Positions 48,777 through 59,257 of a stretch of DNA of 64,000 bases are shown here, one piece after another. Position 1 is the first letter of the stretch; every line of letters begins with the position of its first letter. Both the position numbers and the translations under genes were made by a program. The DNA comes from Pyrodictiaceae archaeon (lineage in GTDB: Archaea; Thermoproteota; Thermoprotei_A; Sulfolobales; WANQ01): positions 30,454 through 94,453 of the forward strand of contig WANQ01000043.1 in assembly GCA_015521735.1 (NCBI GenBank), written 5' to 3'. The notes beneath the pieces are model-generated. The model ran no database searches, was not told the DNA's origin, and saw only the letters and a program-made list of their open reading frames with translations.

Positions 48777-49751
48777 CTATATTTCTATTACTCTTATTCC
48801 TCCCCCATGTATGTATCCTGAAGGCATTCCCTCTGTATCGTATGCTAGGCATACCTCGCCTTCTACTGTTACGGCTATTATCCCTATAACTCTCTTACCT
48901 CCTATTTCTTCTGCTTTAATTATTGTCTTCTTGCATGCTTCTTCTAAGCTTAGTCCCTGAGATACTAGGTCTACTAGTGTTTTAGATGCCATGGATTTTA
49001 CTATTACTTCGCCGAATCCTGTAGCAGTTGCTGCAGCCTTATTGTTTGCGTAGAATCCTGCTCCAGGTATTGGTGTATCTCCTAGTCTACCTGGGTGTTT
49101 TAGCCATATTCCTCCAGTACTTGAAGCTGATGCTAGAGTATTGTTTGTGTCTAATGCTACTGCTCCAACAGTATCTCCTAGTAGCCCATACCTTAATGCT
49201 AGCTCTCTAATACGTTTCCATCTAAGTGTTGTGGTTTTGCCTTGGCGTAGCTCGGACATAAGTCTATTGTATCTTTTAACTACATGGTCTGGTGGATGAG
49301 TTCTCTCAGGTAGTCCATGGCTTTTTGCTAGCATATCTGCTCCATTACCAACAAGTACTATGTGGTCTGTTTCCTTTGCTACTATGTATGCTAGCTCAAT
49401 TGGATTCCTAGGATACTTTACAGCACCTACTGCTCCTATAAGGCCATTGGATGCCATTATTCCTGCATCCATTTCTGCTTCTCCTAGAAGATTTAATGCA
49501 CTACCTAAGCCTGCATTAAGCATTCCGGAGTCTTCAAGGACTTTTACAGCACTAATTACTCCTCTAACAGCACCGTTTGCTTTGAGTTCTCTATAACCTT
49601 CCTCAAGGCTTAAGCGTATTAGCTTTCCTATATCACTTAGAGTATAAGGGTAGTCTGGGTCATCGAATACCCTTTTCCATGAGCCAGCTCCACCATGTAC
49701 AACGAGTACTGGTGGTTTAACACGTTCAACTATTACGTGCATGTATTTCAC
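48777..49751 (-). CDS. Isoaspartyl peptidase/L-asparaginase (Ntn hydrolase)
   Basis: VVHGGAG, NAGLGS, MDAGIM, GDTVGAVA and GRLGDTP. Confidence 0.93.
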   Translation of the reverse strand: MKYMHVIVERVKPPVLVVHGGAGSWKRVFDDPDYPYTLSDIGKLIRLSLEEGYRELKANGAVRGVISAVKVLEDSGMLNAGLGSALNLLGEAEMDAGIMASNGLIGAVGAVKYPRNPIELAYIVAKETDHIVLVGNGADMLAKSHGLPERTHPPDHVVKRYNRLMSELRQGKTTTLRWKRIRELALRYGLLGDTVGAVALDTNNTLASASSTGGIWLKHPGRLGDTPIPGAGFYANNKAAATATGFGEVIVKSMASKTLVDLVSQGLSLEEACKKTIIKAEEIGGKRVIGIIAVTVEGEVCLAYDTEGMPSGYIHGGGIRVIEI

Positions 49752-49818
49752 CTAAATCACGTCCTACACGCTTAACTAGAGCTTAGACTTAGCTGTTTCG
49801 AGGAGAAGTGTCTTGGAG

Positions 49819-50142
49819 CTAATCTTTCATCTTCTCTAAACGTTTAACTCGGAAGACTACTGTTCCACCACAAGTATATGGTTTACCTGGGTCAGGGCAT
49901 TGAAGATAGCCTTCATCATCGTGTTCTCCTATACCTAGGAGCCTAGCTGATACGCCGTGAATAAATGGTGATAGTAGGCTGGTCATGGATGTTAAGGCGT
50001 GAATACATATCCTTGTATTATTGTTTTTAGGGTCTAGGTAGAATCCATCCACTATTATCCTATCACCTACCTTATAGCCTAATGCACACTTACCTCTAAC
50101 CTCCACTACCTCGATTAGAATCCTATACAATCCCTCTTCCAC
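49819..50142 (-). CDS. TIGR04076-family Cys-motif protein
   Basis: GKCALGYKVGD, ICIHAL and QCPDPG...GGTVVF. Confidence 0.85.
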   Translation of the reverse strand: MEEGLYRILIEVVEVRGKCALGYKVGDRIIVDGFYLDPKNNNTRICIHALTSMTSLLSPFIHGVSARLLGIGEHDDEGYLQCPDPGKPYTCGGTVVFRVKRLEKMKD

Positions 50143-50195
50143 TTAAGCTCACCCAAGCATCTAATACTATGCTAGCTGAGCTGTTATCTTAACGT

Positions 50196-50636
50196 CTAGT
50201 ACTTAAAGTCCTTGTACTCTATGAAGCTATAGCCTTCTTTCTCCATTACGTTGGCCAGATCCTTATCTCCTGTAATAAGCGTTAAATTGTTTTCAACTGC
50301 TAATGCTATATGTATTGAGTCGAAGTACGTTAAGTTACTATACTTTGATCTAAGCTTTTCAGCTAATACCATTGTACTAAGAGTTATAGGTACATAGTCT
50401 ACTACATTGTATTCTACTAGTTTAAGCTCCATTAACTCTAAGACACGGATAGCTTTATCATAGCTTATTCCCCTTGAACGCATTACTAGTAATGCTTCAA
50501 TAGGTGCTGCTGAAGATACGTGTACTCTTATTCTACGCTTTCTATGGAGTTCTAGAACAACTCTAACATAGGGGTGTAGTTTATCCTTAGCGTTAAGGCC
50601 GAAAAGAAAGTCTGTTTCAACCAAGTAGTTTGTCAT
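50196..50636 (-). CDS. vapC: PIN-domain toxin (VapC)
   Basis: LVETDFL, PIEAL, TYFDSIHIA and ITGD. Confidence 0.88.
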   Translation of the reverse strand: MTNYLVETDFLFGLNAKDKLHPYVRVVLELHRKRRIRVHVSSAAPIEALLVMRSRGISYDKAIRVLELMELKLVEYNVVDYVPITLSTMVLAEKLRSKYSNLTYFDSIHIALAVENNLTLITGDKDLANVMEKEGYSFIEYKDFKY

Positions 50637-50905
50637 CTAATATCCTCTAATAACATCTTCTCAGCTCTAACCCTATCCTTACGAGTTAACGTGAATTCTC
50701 CTAGTATTTCTGCAATCTCTTCTGAAGGATCCCTACTTACCAGTTTTACTACGATTTCACCACTACCCCTAGTATAGACCACTAGCCTTGACCCAGGCTT
50801 TATCCCAGCTTTCTCCCTAACCTCCTTGGGTAAGGTGATTCTCCCCTTAGAGTCTACTCTAACTACGCTCACAGGTACACCTATCCTAACTAGGTGGGAG
50901 CCCAC
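50633..50905 (-). CDS. vapB: AbrB/MazE-family antitoxin (VapB)
   Basis: VDSKGRITLPKEVREKAGIKPG; start/stop overlap with the PIN gene. Confidence 0.9.
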   Translation of the reverse strand: MGSHLVRIGVPVSVVRVDSKGRITLPKEVREKAGIKPGSRLVVYTRGSGEIVVKLVSRDPSEEIAEILGEFTLTRKDRVRAEKMLLEDIR

Positions 50906-50958
50906 TTAATTAAATTAATCCTACTATAGAAAATATTGTTTAAGTATAAGCTATGATC

Positions 50959-52596
50959 CTATTCTATTGTTTTAGTTATCCTATAAGCTTTCTCTACTAC
51001 TATTTTCTCCAGTACCTTCAATGGTAGGTTTCCTTCCTCTAATAGTAGTTTATGGAATAACTTGTTGGTGAATCTTTTTCCGAGGATTTCTTTTACCTTT
51101 TCTCGTAGGGCTTTTATCTTTCGTTTACCATAGTTGTAGCTAATCTGGTATCCAGGGCTTAAGGTGTATCTAAGTGCTTCAGAGTATGCTCCATCTCTTG
51201 GGAGATAAGCGTCTTTAACTAGCTTCTCTACTGCTTGCTCAAACGTTATCATACCAGTACTTAACTCTACGTCTACGTATACTCTTACTGCCCTCCATAA
51301 TGCGTCATGGTATACTTTTAACCTGTATTCTGGTGACTTGTCTATGCCTAGTTCTAGCATTAATTCTTCTGTGTAGTGAGCCCATCCCTCAATGAACTCG
51401 TTTGCTTGTATTAGTATTTTCCTTGTTAGGTATGGGTTTAGTTTTGCGTAGACTAGTTGTGTATGGTGTCCAGGGTATGCTTCATGTACTATGGTGTTGA
51501 GTATATCGTATACGTTGTGGTGTTTAAGCATTTCTTCACTAGCTGGAGGTGTTACGAAGAATATTCCAGTAAAACTCCACCCAAATACTTCTGGTGGCAT
51601 GTAGGCTGCGAATGGTAATAGTGGTCTCATGAACTCTGGTGTTTCTACAACCCTAATATTCTCCATGGGCGGGAGCTCTACTACTTCTTTCTCAACAACG
51701 AACTTCTTAACATACTCTATTGTCTTCTTATACTCCTCTAATACTTTCTCTGGTGAAGCTACGTGCTTCTCCTTTACTTTTTCAAGAGCCTCACTAATAC
51801 TGCTAGCACCTATCTTCTTCGCTTCCTCCAACATGAGTTTCCTATACTTTTCTGCTTCAACGTATCCTTGCCTACGTAGTTCTTCTATGTCTTCATCAAT
51901 CATTCTAGCCTTTAACAACCTCCTATATAGTTCTAGTCCTATTGGCTTGAACCCAGGCTTAGCCTTCTCCTTTAACTCTTGTAGTAGTTCTAAGTACTTG
52001 TTGAACTCTTCACTGAGCTTCTCGCATGCTTCAACTAGTTCACTGCGTCCATGTCTTAATCCCATTGTTTTAACTAGTCCTATAAGTGATGGTAGTCCTT
52101 TAGCTGATAATAATACATAGTCTATCCATAAGCTATATGGCTCATCTACAGCGTTAATAGACTCTTTAATCATTTTACCTAGTCCTCTAACACGACTGTA
52201 GAGTGCATTGAGTCTATGCTCTAATGGTAAATGCTCCTTAATTATTAGTGAGTACAAGGCTTCACCTGCAACCATGAATCCTGTAGGATACATCCTCCAC
52301 GTAGGCCAATCACGTAAAGTTATCAACGACTCCACAAGCCCATTGAGTAGTGGCTCGTAGTCTACTCTACGATACCCTGTTAGCTTCTCTTTATCTATAC
52401 TTGAGAACTCCTTGTAATAGTATTCTACTAGTTTTATGGCCTTCTCCATTGCCTCCTTACTAAGCTTAGGGAGCAGTACATCATACTCGTGGAGTCCAAG
52501 ATGAGTACCTGCTGTAGGGTATAGTTCGAGAACATCTCTTATTAACTTCAAGACCAGTTCATCAAATAATTCATCTTCTCTCGTAGCCAAAAGCAT
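50959..52596 (-). CDS. DUF885 family protein (zincin-like)
   Basis: HEAYPGHHTQ, EGWAHYTE, LWRAVR and PGYQISYNYG. Confidence 0.9.
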   Translation of the reverse strand: MLLATREDELFDELVLKLIRDVLELYPTAGTHLGLHEYDVLLPKLSKEAMEKAIKLVEYYYKEFSSIDKEKLTGYRRVDYEPLLNGLVESLITLRDWPTWRMYPTGFMVAGEALYSLIIKEHLPLEHRLNALYSRVRGLGKMIKESINAVDEPYSLWIDYVLLSAKGLPSLIGLVKTMGLRHGRSELVEACEKLSEEFNKYLELLQELKEKAKPGFKPIGLELYRRLLKARMIDEDIEELRRQGYVEAEKYRKLMLEEAKKIGASSISEALEKVKEKHVASPEKVLEEYKKTIEYVKKFVVEKEVVELPPMENIRVVETPEFMRPLLPFAAYMPPEVFGWSFTGIFFVTPPASEEMLKHHNVYDILNTIVHEAYPGHHTQLVYAKLNPYLTRKILIQANEFIEGWAHYTEELMLELGIDKSPEYRLKVYHDALWRAVRVYVDVELSTGMITFEQAVEKLVKDAYLPRDGAYSEALRYTLSPGYQISYNYGKRKIKALREKVKEILGKRFTNKLFHKLLLEEGNLPLKVLEKIVVEKAYRITKTIE

Positions 52597-52749
52597 ACAC
52601 CGAGTTAAACCATTAAACTACACAAAGATAAAGGTAGTGTGGAGCCTAGTTAACACCCTCCTTTGACTACAAGCCTAATTATTCTTAGCAATAATGTATT
52701 GTAGAGATGTAGAATAGAATGCAGATATTCGTTAAGTGTACTTAGCCTA

Positions 52750-53838
52750 TCAGTCTATGATGTGGGGGTTGGTTATTTTTATGCAGATTATTCCACTGTT
52801 AACTGCTTCACCATATAGCTCGTTTATGTAGCCTCTACCTACCTCAACAACCATGTCATTGCCTCCAATACTTAGTGTTAGTTTTACACTACACTTTGTA
52901 ATCCTATAGTTTTTGATTCTGCATGCTATGGTTCTTAGGTCTTTACTGCAATGAGTGATTACTATGTCGTCTGGCCTGAATACTAGTTTAACTTTTGCTC
53001 CTTTACTGTATGTTCTATTATTACTCTTGGTTACCAGTAGCTTAGCTTCTCCTAAATCTACTATAATGTTGTCTCCTAGATCCTTGTCTACTATGCCTTC
53101 AACTATGTTTAATCCTAGAAACTCTGCTACATCGACATCACTTATAGCGTTGAATATGGTTGTAGGTGTACCTTGTGCCTTAATAGCCCCCTTCATTAGG
53201 ACTAGGATTTTATCGGATAGAGTCCATGCATCGTTTAGGTCATGTGTTACGATTAGTGCTGTAACACCTAGTTTACGTAGCATGTACTTTAACTCTACTC
53301 TAAGTGTATCCTTGACTCCAGGATCTATTGCACTTAACGGCTCGTCGAGTAGGACTAGTTTAGGCCATGGAGCTAGAGCTCTAGCTAAAGCTACTTTTTG
53401 TTTTTGTCCACCACTTAGTTGATGTGGATACTTGTTTTCAAGTCCTTTAAGCCCAAGTACATCTACTAGTTCCTTAACCCTAGCGTCAACATCTGCTCTA
53501 CTAAGCTTTAGCCTCCTTAACCCAAAAGCTATGTTATCGTAGACTGTTAGGTGTGGAAATAAGGCGTAGTCTTGGGGGACATAGCCTACTCTACGCTTTT
53601 CCGGTGGAACATACTTCTTCAACACTCCTCTATGCTTTTCAAATACTATGTCACCATTAATTGCCACTAATCCTTCATCAGCAACTTCTAGCCCAGCTAC
53701 TATGTTTAATAGAGTAGTCTTACCCGAACCATTAGGTCCTACTAATACTGCTATCTCAGACTTACCTACACTAAACTCTACATTCCTTAAAACCTCTACA
53801 CCATCATACCGTTTAACTAGTCTCTCTACTATAAGCAT
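52750..53838 (-). CDS. modC: Molybdate/tungstate ABC ATPase
   Basis: GPNGSGKTT, QDYALFPHL, LSGGQKQ and a TOBE-like C-terminus. Confidence 0.85.
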   Translation of the reverse strand: MLIVERLVKRYDGVEVLRNVEFSVGKSEIAVLVGPNGSGKTTLLNIVAGLEVADEGLVAINGDIVFEKHRGVLKKYVPPEKRRVGYVPQDYALFPHLTVYDNIAFGLRRLKLSRADVDARVKELVDVLGLKGLENKYPHQLSGGQKQKVALARALAPWPKLVLLDEPLSAIDPGVKDTLRVELKYMLRKLGVTALIVTHDLNDAWTLSDKILVLMKGAIKAQGTPTTIFNAISDVDVAEFLGLNIVEGIVDKDLGDNIIVDLGEAKLLVTKSNNRTYSKGAKVKLVFRPDDIVITHCSKDLRTIACRIKNYRITKCSVKLTLSIGGNDMVVEVGRGYINELYGEAVNSGIICIKITNPHIID

Positions 53839-53843
53839 TACTA

Positions 53844-54671
53844 CTACACCAGTCTTAGCCTCCCATGCTTATCTACAATGTTCATTACGAATAATATCGC
53901 AAAGGAAACCATTACCAGCAACGTTATTAGAGCTACGGTTAACCTTACCTCACCTGAGCTAAGTGTAAGGTATATTGCTATAGGTAGGGTTTCAGTCTTA
54001 AACCGTGTTGCACCAGCAAGTGTTACTGACGCACCAAATTCTCCTAGTGCTCGGGTAAAGCCAAGTATATATGCTGATGCAACACCACTCTTAGCCATAG
54101 GTAGTAGGACGAGATATAGTGTTGAAACTCTACTATAGCCTAGTGTTCTAGCTACGAACTCGTATTTAACGTCTACTAAGTCGAATGCCGACTTAAGAAC
54201 CCTTATCATCATAGGTAGTATGACTACATATTGTGCAACTATTAGTCCTGGTACCTCAAAGACTATTCCAACCAAGTTGTCGAGTATTTTACCCAACCAT
54301 GTATTGGTGAAGAATATGAGGAGAACTGCTCCAAGAGCTACTGGAGGCATTGCAAAGGGTAAGAGTAGTATTGACTCGAGAATACTCTTACCCTTAAACC
54401 TATACCTAGATAGAGCATAGGCTATGGGGATGCTTGTAGCTAGTGCTAGTGTAGTAGAAGTAAATGATGTAAGTAGGCTTAACTTTACCGAGAAGAAAAC
54501 CTCATTTGACGAAATAATACTGGATAATGATGCTAGCCCACCCCAATGTATAATTGAAACTATAATGTATAATAGAAGAGCTGAAAACAATACTGGTGTT
54601 AAGAGGAATACTAAGTCAGCTTTCTGGTAGTTCAGGCACCTTAGCATAAGGAGCATACCTCTTAGCCTCAT
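53844..54671 (-). CDS. modB: Molybdate/tungstate ABC permease
   Basis: LPFAMPPVALG, ARTLG, FTRALGEFGA and TLPIAIY. Confidence 0.88.
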   Translation of the reverse strand: MRLRGMLLMLRCLNYQKADLVFLLTPVLFSALLLYIIVSIIHWGGLASLSSIISSNEVFFSVKLSLLTSFTSTTLALATSIPIAYALSRYRFKGKSILESILLLPFAMPPVALGAVLLIFFTNTWLGKILDNLVGIVFEVPGLIVAQYVVILPMMIRVLKSAFDLVDVKYEFVARTLGYSRVSTLYLVLLPMAKSGVASAYILGFTRALGEFGASVTLAGATRFKTETLPIAIYLTLSSGEVRLTVALITLLVMVSFAILFVMNIVDKHGRLRLV

Positions 54672-55467
54672 CTATTGTAGCAAAGTAGTGATACTTTCTA
54701 AATACTTCCTTAGCGTACTCAGAATTTACTACAAAGTCTATGAACTTCTTAGCTTCTTCAACATGCTTACCATACTTTGTTACAGCTATTGGTATATAGG
54801 ATATCTTTGGTATTTGCTCCGGCTTAAGCCATATAATATCGGTCTTATTCGGATACCAGTAATGAAATACATGCCAGCCAATAATAGCATCAACAGCTCC
54901 AGTAGCAGCAAGCATTGCTGTCTTAGAACAACTACTAGCATAAACTACTATGTTCTTCTTAACCTTATCATATAGTCCATTGTACTTAAGCAAGTCTACA
55001 GCGTACTCACCAACACATACAGTCTTAGGATCAGCTATTCCTACCCTAACGCCAGGTTTAGCTAGATCTTTCAAACTAGTAATGTTCTTAGGATTATCCT
55101 TAGGCACTATTATTGCTGGAACCATGTATGCTACTATTCTAATTGTATCAGTATAGACTATTCCATCCCTTATAGCCTTAACCATATAGTCTGGTGATCC
55201 TGGAGCAAAAAGATCACCACTTTTAGTAATCTTCAATGCTGATAAAACACTACCAGAACCACCATAATAGGCTACTACCCTAATACCCGTCTCCTCTTCA
55301 AATTTCCTTATAATCTCCTCCCAAGCCTTCTCGGCTGCAGCACCAGCAAACAATGTTATAGTTACCCGTCTTTCTTCTTCTTCGACATTAACGTGTAATG
55401 AGTAGCCTATAACTATTCCTATGATCAATGAGAACGCTATAGCTAAAGCTATAACGCTATTACGCAT
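54616..55467 (-). CDS. modA: Molybdate/tungstate ABC substrate-binding protein
   Basis: FAGAA, YGGSGSV, DLFAPGS, NPKNITSLKDL and IADPKTVCVG. Confidence 0.88.
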   Translation of the reverse strand: MRNSVIALAIAFSLIIGIVIGYSLHVNVEEEERRVTITLFAGAAAEKAWEEIIRKFEEETGIRVVAYYGGSGSVLSALKITKSGDLFAPGSPDYMVKAIRDGIVYTDTIRIVAYMVPAIIVPKDNPKNITSLKDLAKPGVRVGIADPKTVCVGEYAVDLLKYNGLYDKVKKNIVVYASSCSKTAMLAATGAVDAIIGWHVFHYWYPNKTDIIWLKPEQIPKISYIPIAVTKYGKHVEEAKKFIDFVVNSEYAKEVFRKYHYFATIDEAKRYAPYAKVPELPES

Positions 55468-55523
55468 AGTTTCTCACAGTCTAACTAGCTAATATTACTA
55501 GTATTTAAGCCTATGTAGTTTGG

Positions 55524-55545
55524 TGTCAAATAATATTACTTGACA
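55524..55545. promoter_or_regulatory. 22-bp near-perfect palindrome upstream of modA
   Basis: TGTCAAATAATATTACTTGACA; the TAATATTA core recurs at 55490-55497. Confidence 0.6.
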
Positions 55546-55621
55546 AGTTGCTGGAAAGCTATTAAGATCACCTTTATAGGCTTAGCAAGGCTATTATAAT
55601 ACTTAGGTTAAGGTAAAGATT

Positions 55622-55870
55622 ATGGATCAACTAGGCGTATTTATAGTACTGGGATTCATCCTAGTATTCGTGGGAATGTTAATTATATTGCTAGGTATTA
55701 TTAAGGGAAGCAGTAGAGTTGAAGGTGGAGGTGTAGTAGTTATTGGCCCTATACCAATAGTATTTGGGACAAGCATTAAGGTAACCAAGATGTTAATGAT
55801 CTTAGCAATAGTATTAATGCTGTTAACCATATTCTTATTCATAATAACCCAGTCAGCTAGCTTAAGGTGA
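55622..55870 (+). CDS. DUF131 (TIGR00304) membrane protein
   Basis: GGGVVVIGPIPIVFGT. Confidence 0.9.
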   Translation: MDQLGVFIVLGFILVFVGMLIILLGIIKGSSRVEGGGVVVIGPIPIVFGTSIKVTKMLMILAIVLMLLTIFLFIITQSASLR

Positions 55871-56181
55871 AGAAAATGACGTATAGGCCACCCTACTATA
55901 GAAGAGATAGTTCATTCAAGCTAGTTATGCTAGGCTTTATCATAATATTCATAGGGTTCATGTTGATTGTATTGTCTACTGTGTTTACTGTTTTCTCAGG
56001 GCTTAAGTCTACTCCAAGCAATACTAGTATTGGTGTTGGCGGATGTATTCTCGTATTCTTTGTACCAATATGTTTCGGTGCTGGCACACACGGCTTAGGC
56101 TTAATCACTTTACTATTAGCAGTAGTGTTAACCATAGTAGCATTAATGTTCTTCTTCCTAACCCGTATGCTACTTAAATAA
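55867..56181 (+). CDS. DUF131-like membrane protein (paralog)
   Basis: GGCILVFFVPICFG; overlaps the upstream paralog. Confidence 0.75.
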   Translation: MKKMTYRPPYYRRDSSFKLVMLGFIIIFIGFMLIVLSTVFTVFSGLKSTPSNTSIGVGGCILVFFVPICFGAGTHGLGLITLLLAVVLTIVALMFFFLTRMLLK

Positions 56182-56397
56182 GCTTCCGCTAGTTCAACAA
56201 CCAATCCCTAATTATTCCAGTTTATTCACAAGTACGTAAATCAAGCCATAAATTCTCTTACTAGTATTATCAACTATTCATAGAGCCATTAATTGGTTTA
56301 CCTGCCCCCTAATGCTGGTAATAGTGTAATTAAGATTATGTGGGTACATGTACTTGAAACTAAGAATTACGATTAGAAGTGCTTTTAGTTTAATGAA

Positions 56398-57819
56398 ATG
56401 CTTAGTCTTATTAGCTTATTTAGCCGTACATATATGTATTATATCCTATACTATGGGGTACGTGGAGTGGGTAGTAAGCTTAGGCTAAGTACACGTGATT
56501 TGAGGATACTTGTTGACGCTGTAAGGCTTGCAGAGGAGGTTAAGCCTAGCCAAGATGCTAAGAGAAGGGTTTTTGAGGAGTATGGTATTATTGGTACTGG
56601 GCTTGATAGGTTATTGACTGCTATATTCTATGATGTGATGAAGAAGATGGGTATTTTAGATAAAATTATTGAAAGGAGGGTAGGAGTTAACCCACTAGTA
56701 CTTGATCCTTGGCTTAGAGCAGGGCTTAGAGTAGCCTTAGACCTACTAGTATACCATGATCTAACCAATACAACGTTAAAGCACTTGAAATGGGGTGTAG
56801 CTGATTATCTATCAGCTAAAACGCATCCATTCGTTGGAATGTATTATTGGAGACTAGTTGATGAGTGGATTAATAATGGAGTAGAACTTAAACCGCGAAA
56901 CAAGGTTGAGGAGCTGGAGTTTAAGTACCTACTACCTGCTTGGTTCATTAACCGTATGAAGGAGTTGTTAGGTGAGAGTGAAGCTATAGAGTTGTTCAAG
57001 TCGCTTAACCAGCCATTACCAATAAGTATTAGGGTAAATACATTGAAAGCTAGTGTAAAAGAGGTATTAGAAGAGCTAAGACGTGAAGGCGTAAATGCTG
57101 AGGTTAGTAGTAGAGTTCCAGTAGTCATTAGATTCAATGGACCATACAACTTCGATAAATCTAGACTATTCCGTACTGGGAGAATAGTTATACAAGATGA
57201 ACCTGCTGCCTATGCATCTATTGTTTTAGACCCTAAGCCTGGTATGACTGTAGTTGACATGTGTGCTGCACCAGGAGGAAAGACCTCACATATCGTAGAG
57301 TTGATGAAGGGTGAAGGACTGGTGTACGCATTTGATGTTGACTCTCAGAGAGTTAAGAGGATGAGAGAGTTGTTGAGGAGAACAGGTACTCATAGGATAG
57401 TAAAGATCTATGTTGAGGATGCTACTAAGGCACCAGAAATACTGGGTGAAGAGATAGCTGATAGAGTACTCCTTGATCCTCCATGTAGTAGTACTGGTAC
57501 ACTGCCCAAGAACCCTGAACTACGCTGGAGGCTCATAGAGGATAAGCTACGTGACATAATAGACCTTCAACGTAGATTGCTTAAGGCTTCTGTAAAGTTA
57601 TTGAAGCCTGGTGGTAGACTACTCTACACTACATGTAGTCTGTTATTTGAGGAAAACGAAGGAAACGTTAAGTGGGTGTTAAGCCAGTATCCTGAACTAA
57701 GACTAGTACCAGTGAAAGGACCTTATAGTGAAGGCTTTATTCCTGGTACTATGAGGGCTTGGCCTCACAGGCATGGAGTAACTGGTTTCTTCTATGCATT
57801 GTTTGAGAAGAAAGCTTAG
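56398..57819 (+). CDS. RsmB/NOP2-family RNA m5C methyltransferase
   Basis: IRVNTLK, IQD, DMCAAPGGKT, LLDPPCS, YTTCS and EENE; start probably the GTG near 56467. Confidence 0.94.
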   Translation: MLSLISLFSRTYMYYILYYGVRGVGSKLRLSTRDLRILVDAVRLAEEVKPSQDAKRRVFEEYGIIGTGLDRLLTAIFYDVMKKMGILDKIIERRVGVNPLVLDPWLRAGLRVALDLLVYHDLTNTTLKHLKWGVADYLSAKTHPFVGMYYWRLVDEWINNGVELKPRNKVEELEFKYLLPAWFINRMKELLGESEAIELFKSLNQPLPISIRVNTLKASVKEVLEELRREGVNAEVSSRVPVVIRFNGPYNFDKSRLFRTGRIVIQDEPAAYASIVLDPKPGMTVVDMCAAPGGKTSHIVELMKGEGLVYAFDVDSQRVKRMRELLRRTGTHRIVKIYVEDATKAPEILGEEIADRVLLDPPCSSTGTLPKNPELRWRLIEDKLRDIIDLQRRLLKASVKLLKPGGRLLYTTCSLLFEENEGNVKWVLSQYPELRLVPVKGPYSEGFIPGTMRAWPHRHGVTGFFYALFEKKA

Positions 57820-58990
57820 TGCTTCTAAGATCAATTTCTTCTGCTAACTCTACTAGCTTATCTATGAGGTCTAATATACCGGATTCCTCCTCAAACTTTC
57901 TTGCCTCGTCTAGTTTAGCTCTAGTTGTAGGCTTGGAGACCCCTAGAGCACAGTATTCTTGTAGCTTCTTAGATTCCTCATAAGTACCTATCTCTATAGC
58001 CTTATTCACTATCTCTTGCTTGTCAAAACCTATTAGTGGTCTTAGCACTAGTATTGACGTAGCATCATCTATTACCCTAAGATTCCTAAGTGTTTGTGAA
58101 GCAACTTGACCTAGGCTTTCACCAGTAACGAGTGCTTCAGCACCTATCCTTAATGCTAACTTCTCAGCTAGCCTCATCATTGCTCTACGAAGCACTATTA
58201 TCCTATAATGTTCTGGTACTCTATCCGATATCAACTGGACTATGGGTCTAACATCTATTACGTAGAGTTTAGGCTTATACCCATACATCCACTTGTCAGC
58301 TAACACCTTAGCTACTCTTAGTGCTCCCTCTAGGTGTGGTTTACCGCCAATGTTAAAGAACAATAAGTGTACAATGCATCCACGCTTAAGCATCATCCAT
58401 GAAGCTACAGGTGAGTCTATGCCTCCCGAGAACAGTGATAGAACTACGCCTTCACTACCAACTGGTAAGCCTCCAGGCCCTCTCACAATCTTATCGTAGA
58501 AGTATACTTGCCCCCAGCGTATTTCAACAAATGCCTCGTATTCAGGGTTCTCAAGGTTTACTCCACGAGCACCCTCCTTTAACAATGCTTCACCTAGTAG
58601 TTTCTCTACGTCTTTACTCGTAAAATCGTGTTCTCCTACACGATGTGCTCTTACAGCAAACACCTTACCCTTAACCCTCTCCTTAAAGAACTCTCTTCCA
58701 AGCTCTACTAGGTGGTTTAAGTCATGGAATACTTGCTCTACTACTGGTGAAACACTAACAACCCCCATAACCCTTGCAACATGCTCAGCTACCCTGAATG
58801 CTTCAACCTCATCTCTAAAACAGCAAACCCATACTCTTGCATCCCTAGCCCAAACACGTTTACCTTTAACACCATTACTCGCAAGAGCATCCCTAATATT
58901 CTCTACTAGTAATCTCTCCATTCTCCTCCTACTAGCCCGGCCCTTCAATGCTATTTCACTATACCTTACCAGTAACATCCACTCAACCAT
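57749..58990 (-). CDS. thiI: tRNA 4-thiouridine synthase ThiI (THUMP + PP-loop, no rhodanese domain)
   Basis: VRYSEIALKG, GPGGLPVG, SGGIDSPVA, GESLGQVASQT and RPLIGFDK. Confidence 0.95.
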   Translation of the reverse strand: MVEWMLLVRYSEIALKGRASRRRMERLLVENIRDALASNGVKGKRVWARDARVWVCCFRDEVEAFRVAEHVARVMGVVSVSPVVEQVFHDLNHLVELGREFFKERVKGKVFAVRAHRVGEHDFTSKDVEKLLGEALLKEGARGVNLENPEYEAFVEIRWGQVYFYDKIVRGPGGLPVGSEGVVLSLFSGGIDSPVASWMMLKRGCIVHLLFFNIGGKPHLEGALRVAKVLADKWMYGYKPKLYVIDVRPIVQLISDRVPEHYRIIVLRRAMMRLAEKLALRIGAEALVTGESLGQVASQTLRNLRVIDDATSILVLRPLIGFDKQEIVNKAIEIGTYEESKKLQEYCALGVSKPTTRAKLDEARKFEEESGILDLIDKLVELAEEIDLRSTKLSSQTMHRRNQLLHACEAKPS

Positions 58991-59180
58991 TACTAGTCAC
59001 CACGTTACCTCCTCTCCCATATAGGGCAAAGCACTTTTAACTAGAATAAATGTTGCGAACTAACCTAGAGTTAACACTGTTATTGTAGCACAGGTCCTAG
59101 AGCCATTGACTTGAAGTAAGGTGCCAACTAAGAGCGTGAGATTAAGAGGTAAAGCTATAGCTCTCCTAATATAACCTGGT

Positions 59181-59251
59181 TAGTGGGATGATGTAGACAC
59201 ACCCTTTAGATGACCAAGGTGAATGATCGAAGTGGCCAGGGCTGACCACTA
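59181..59251 (+). ncRNA. C/D box sRNA (2'-O-methylation guide)
   Basis: Terminal stem TAGTGG/CCACTA; C box ATGATGT, D' ATGA, C' ATGATCG, D box CTGA (59242-59245); intergenic. Confidence 0.7.
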
Positions 59252-59257
59252 CTAGAC

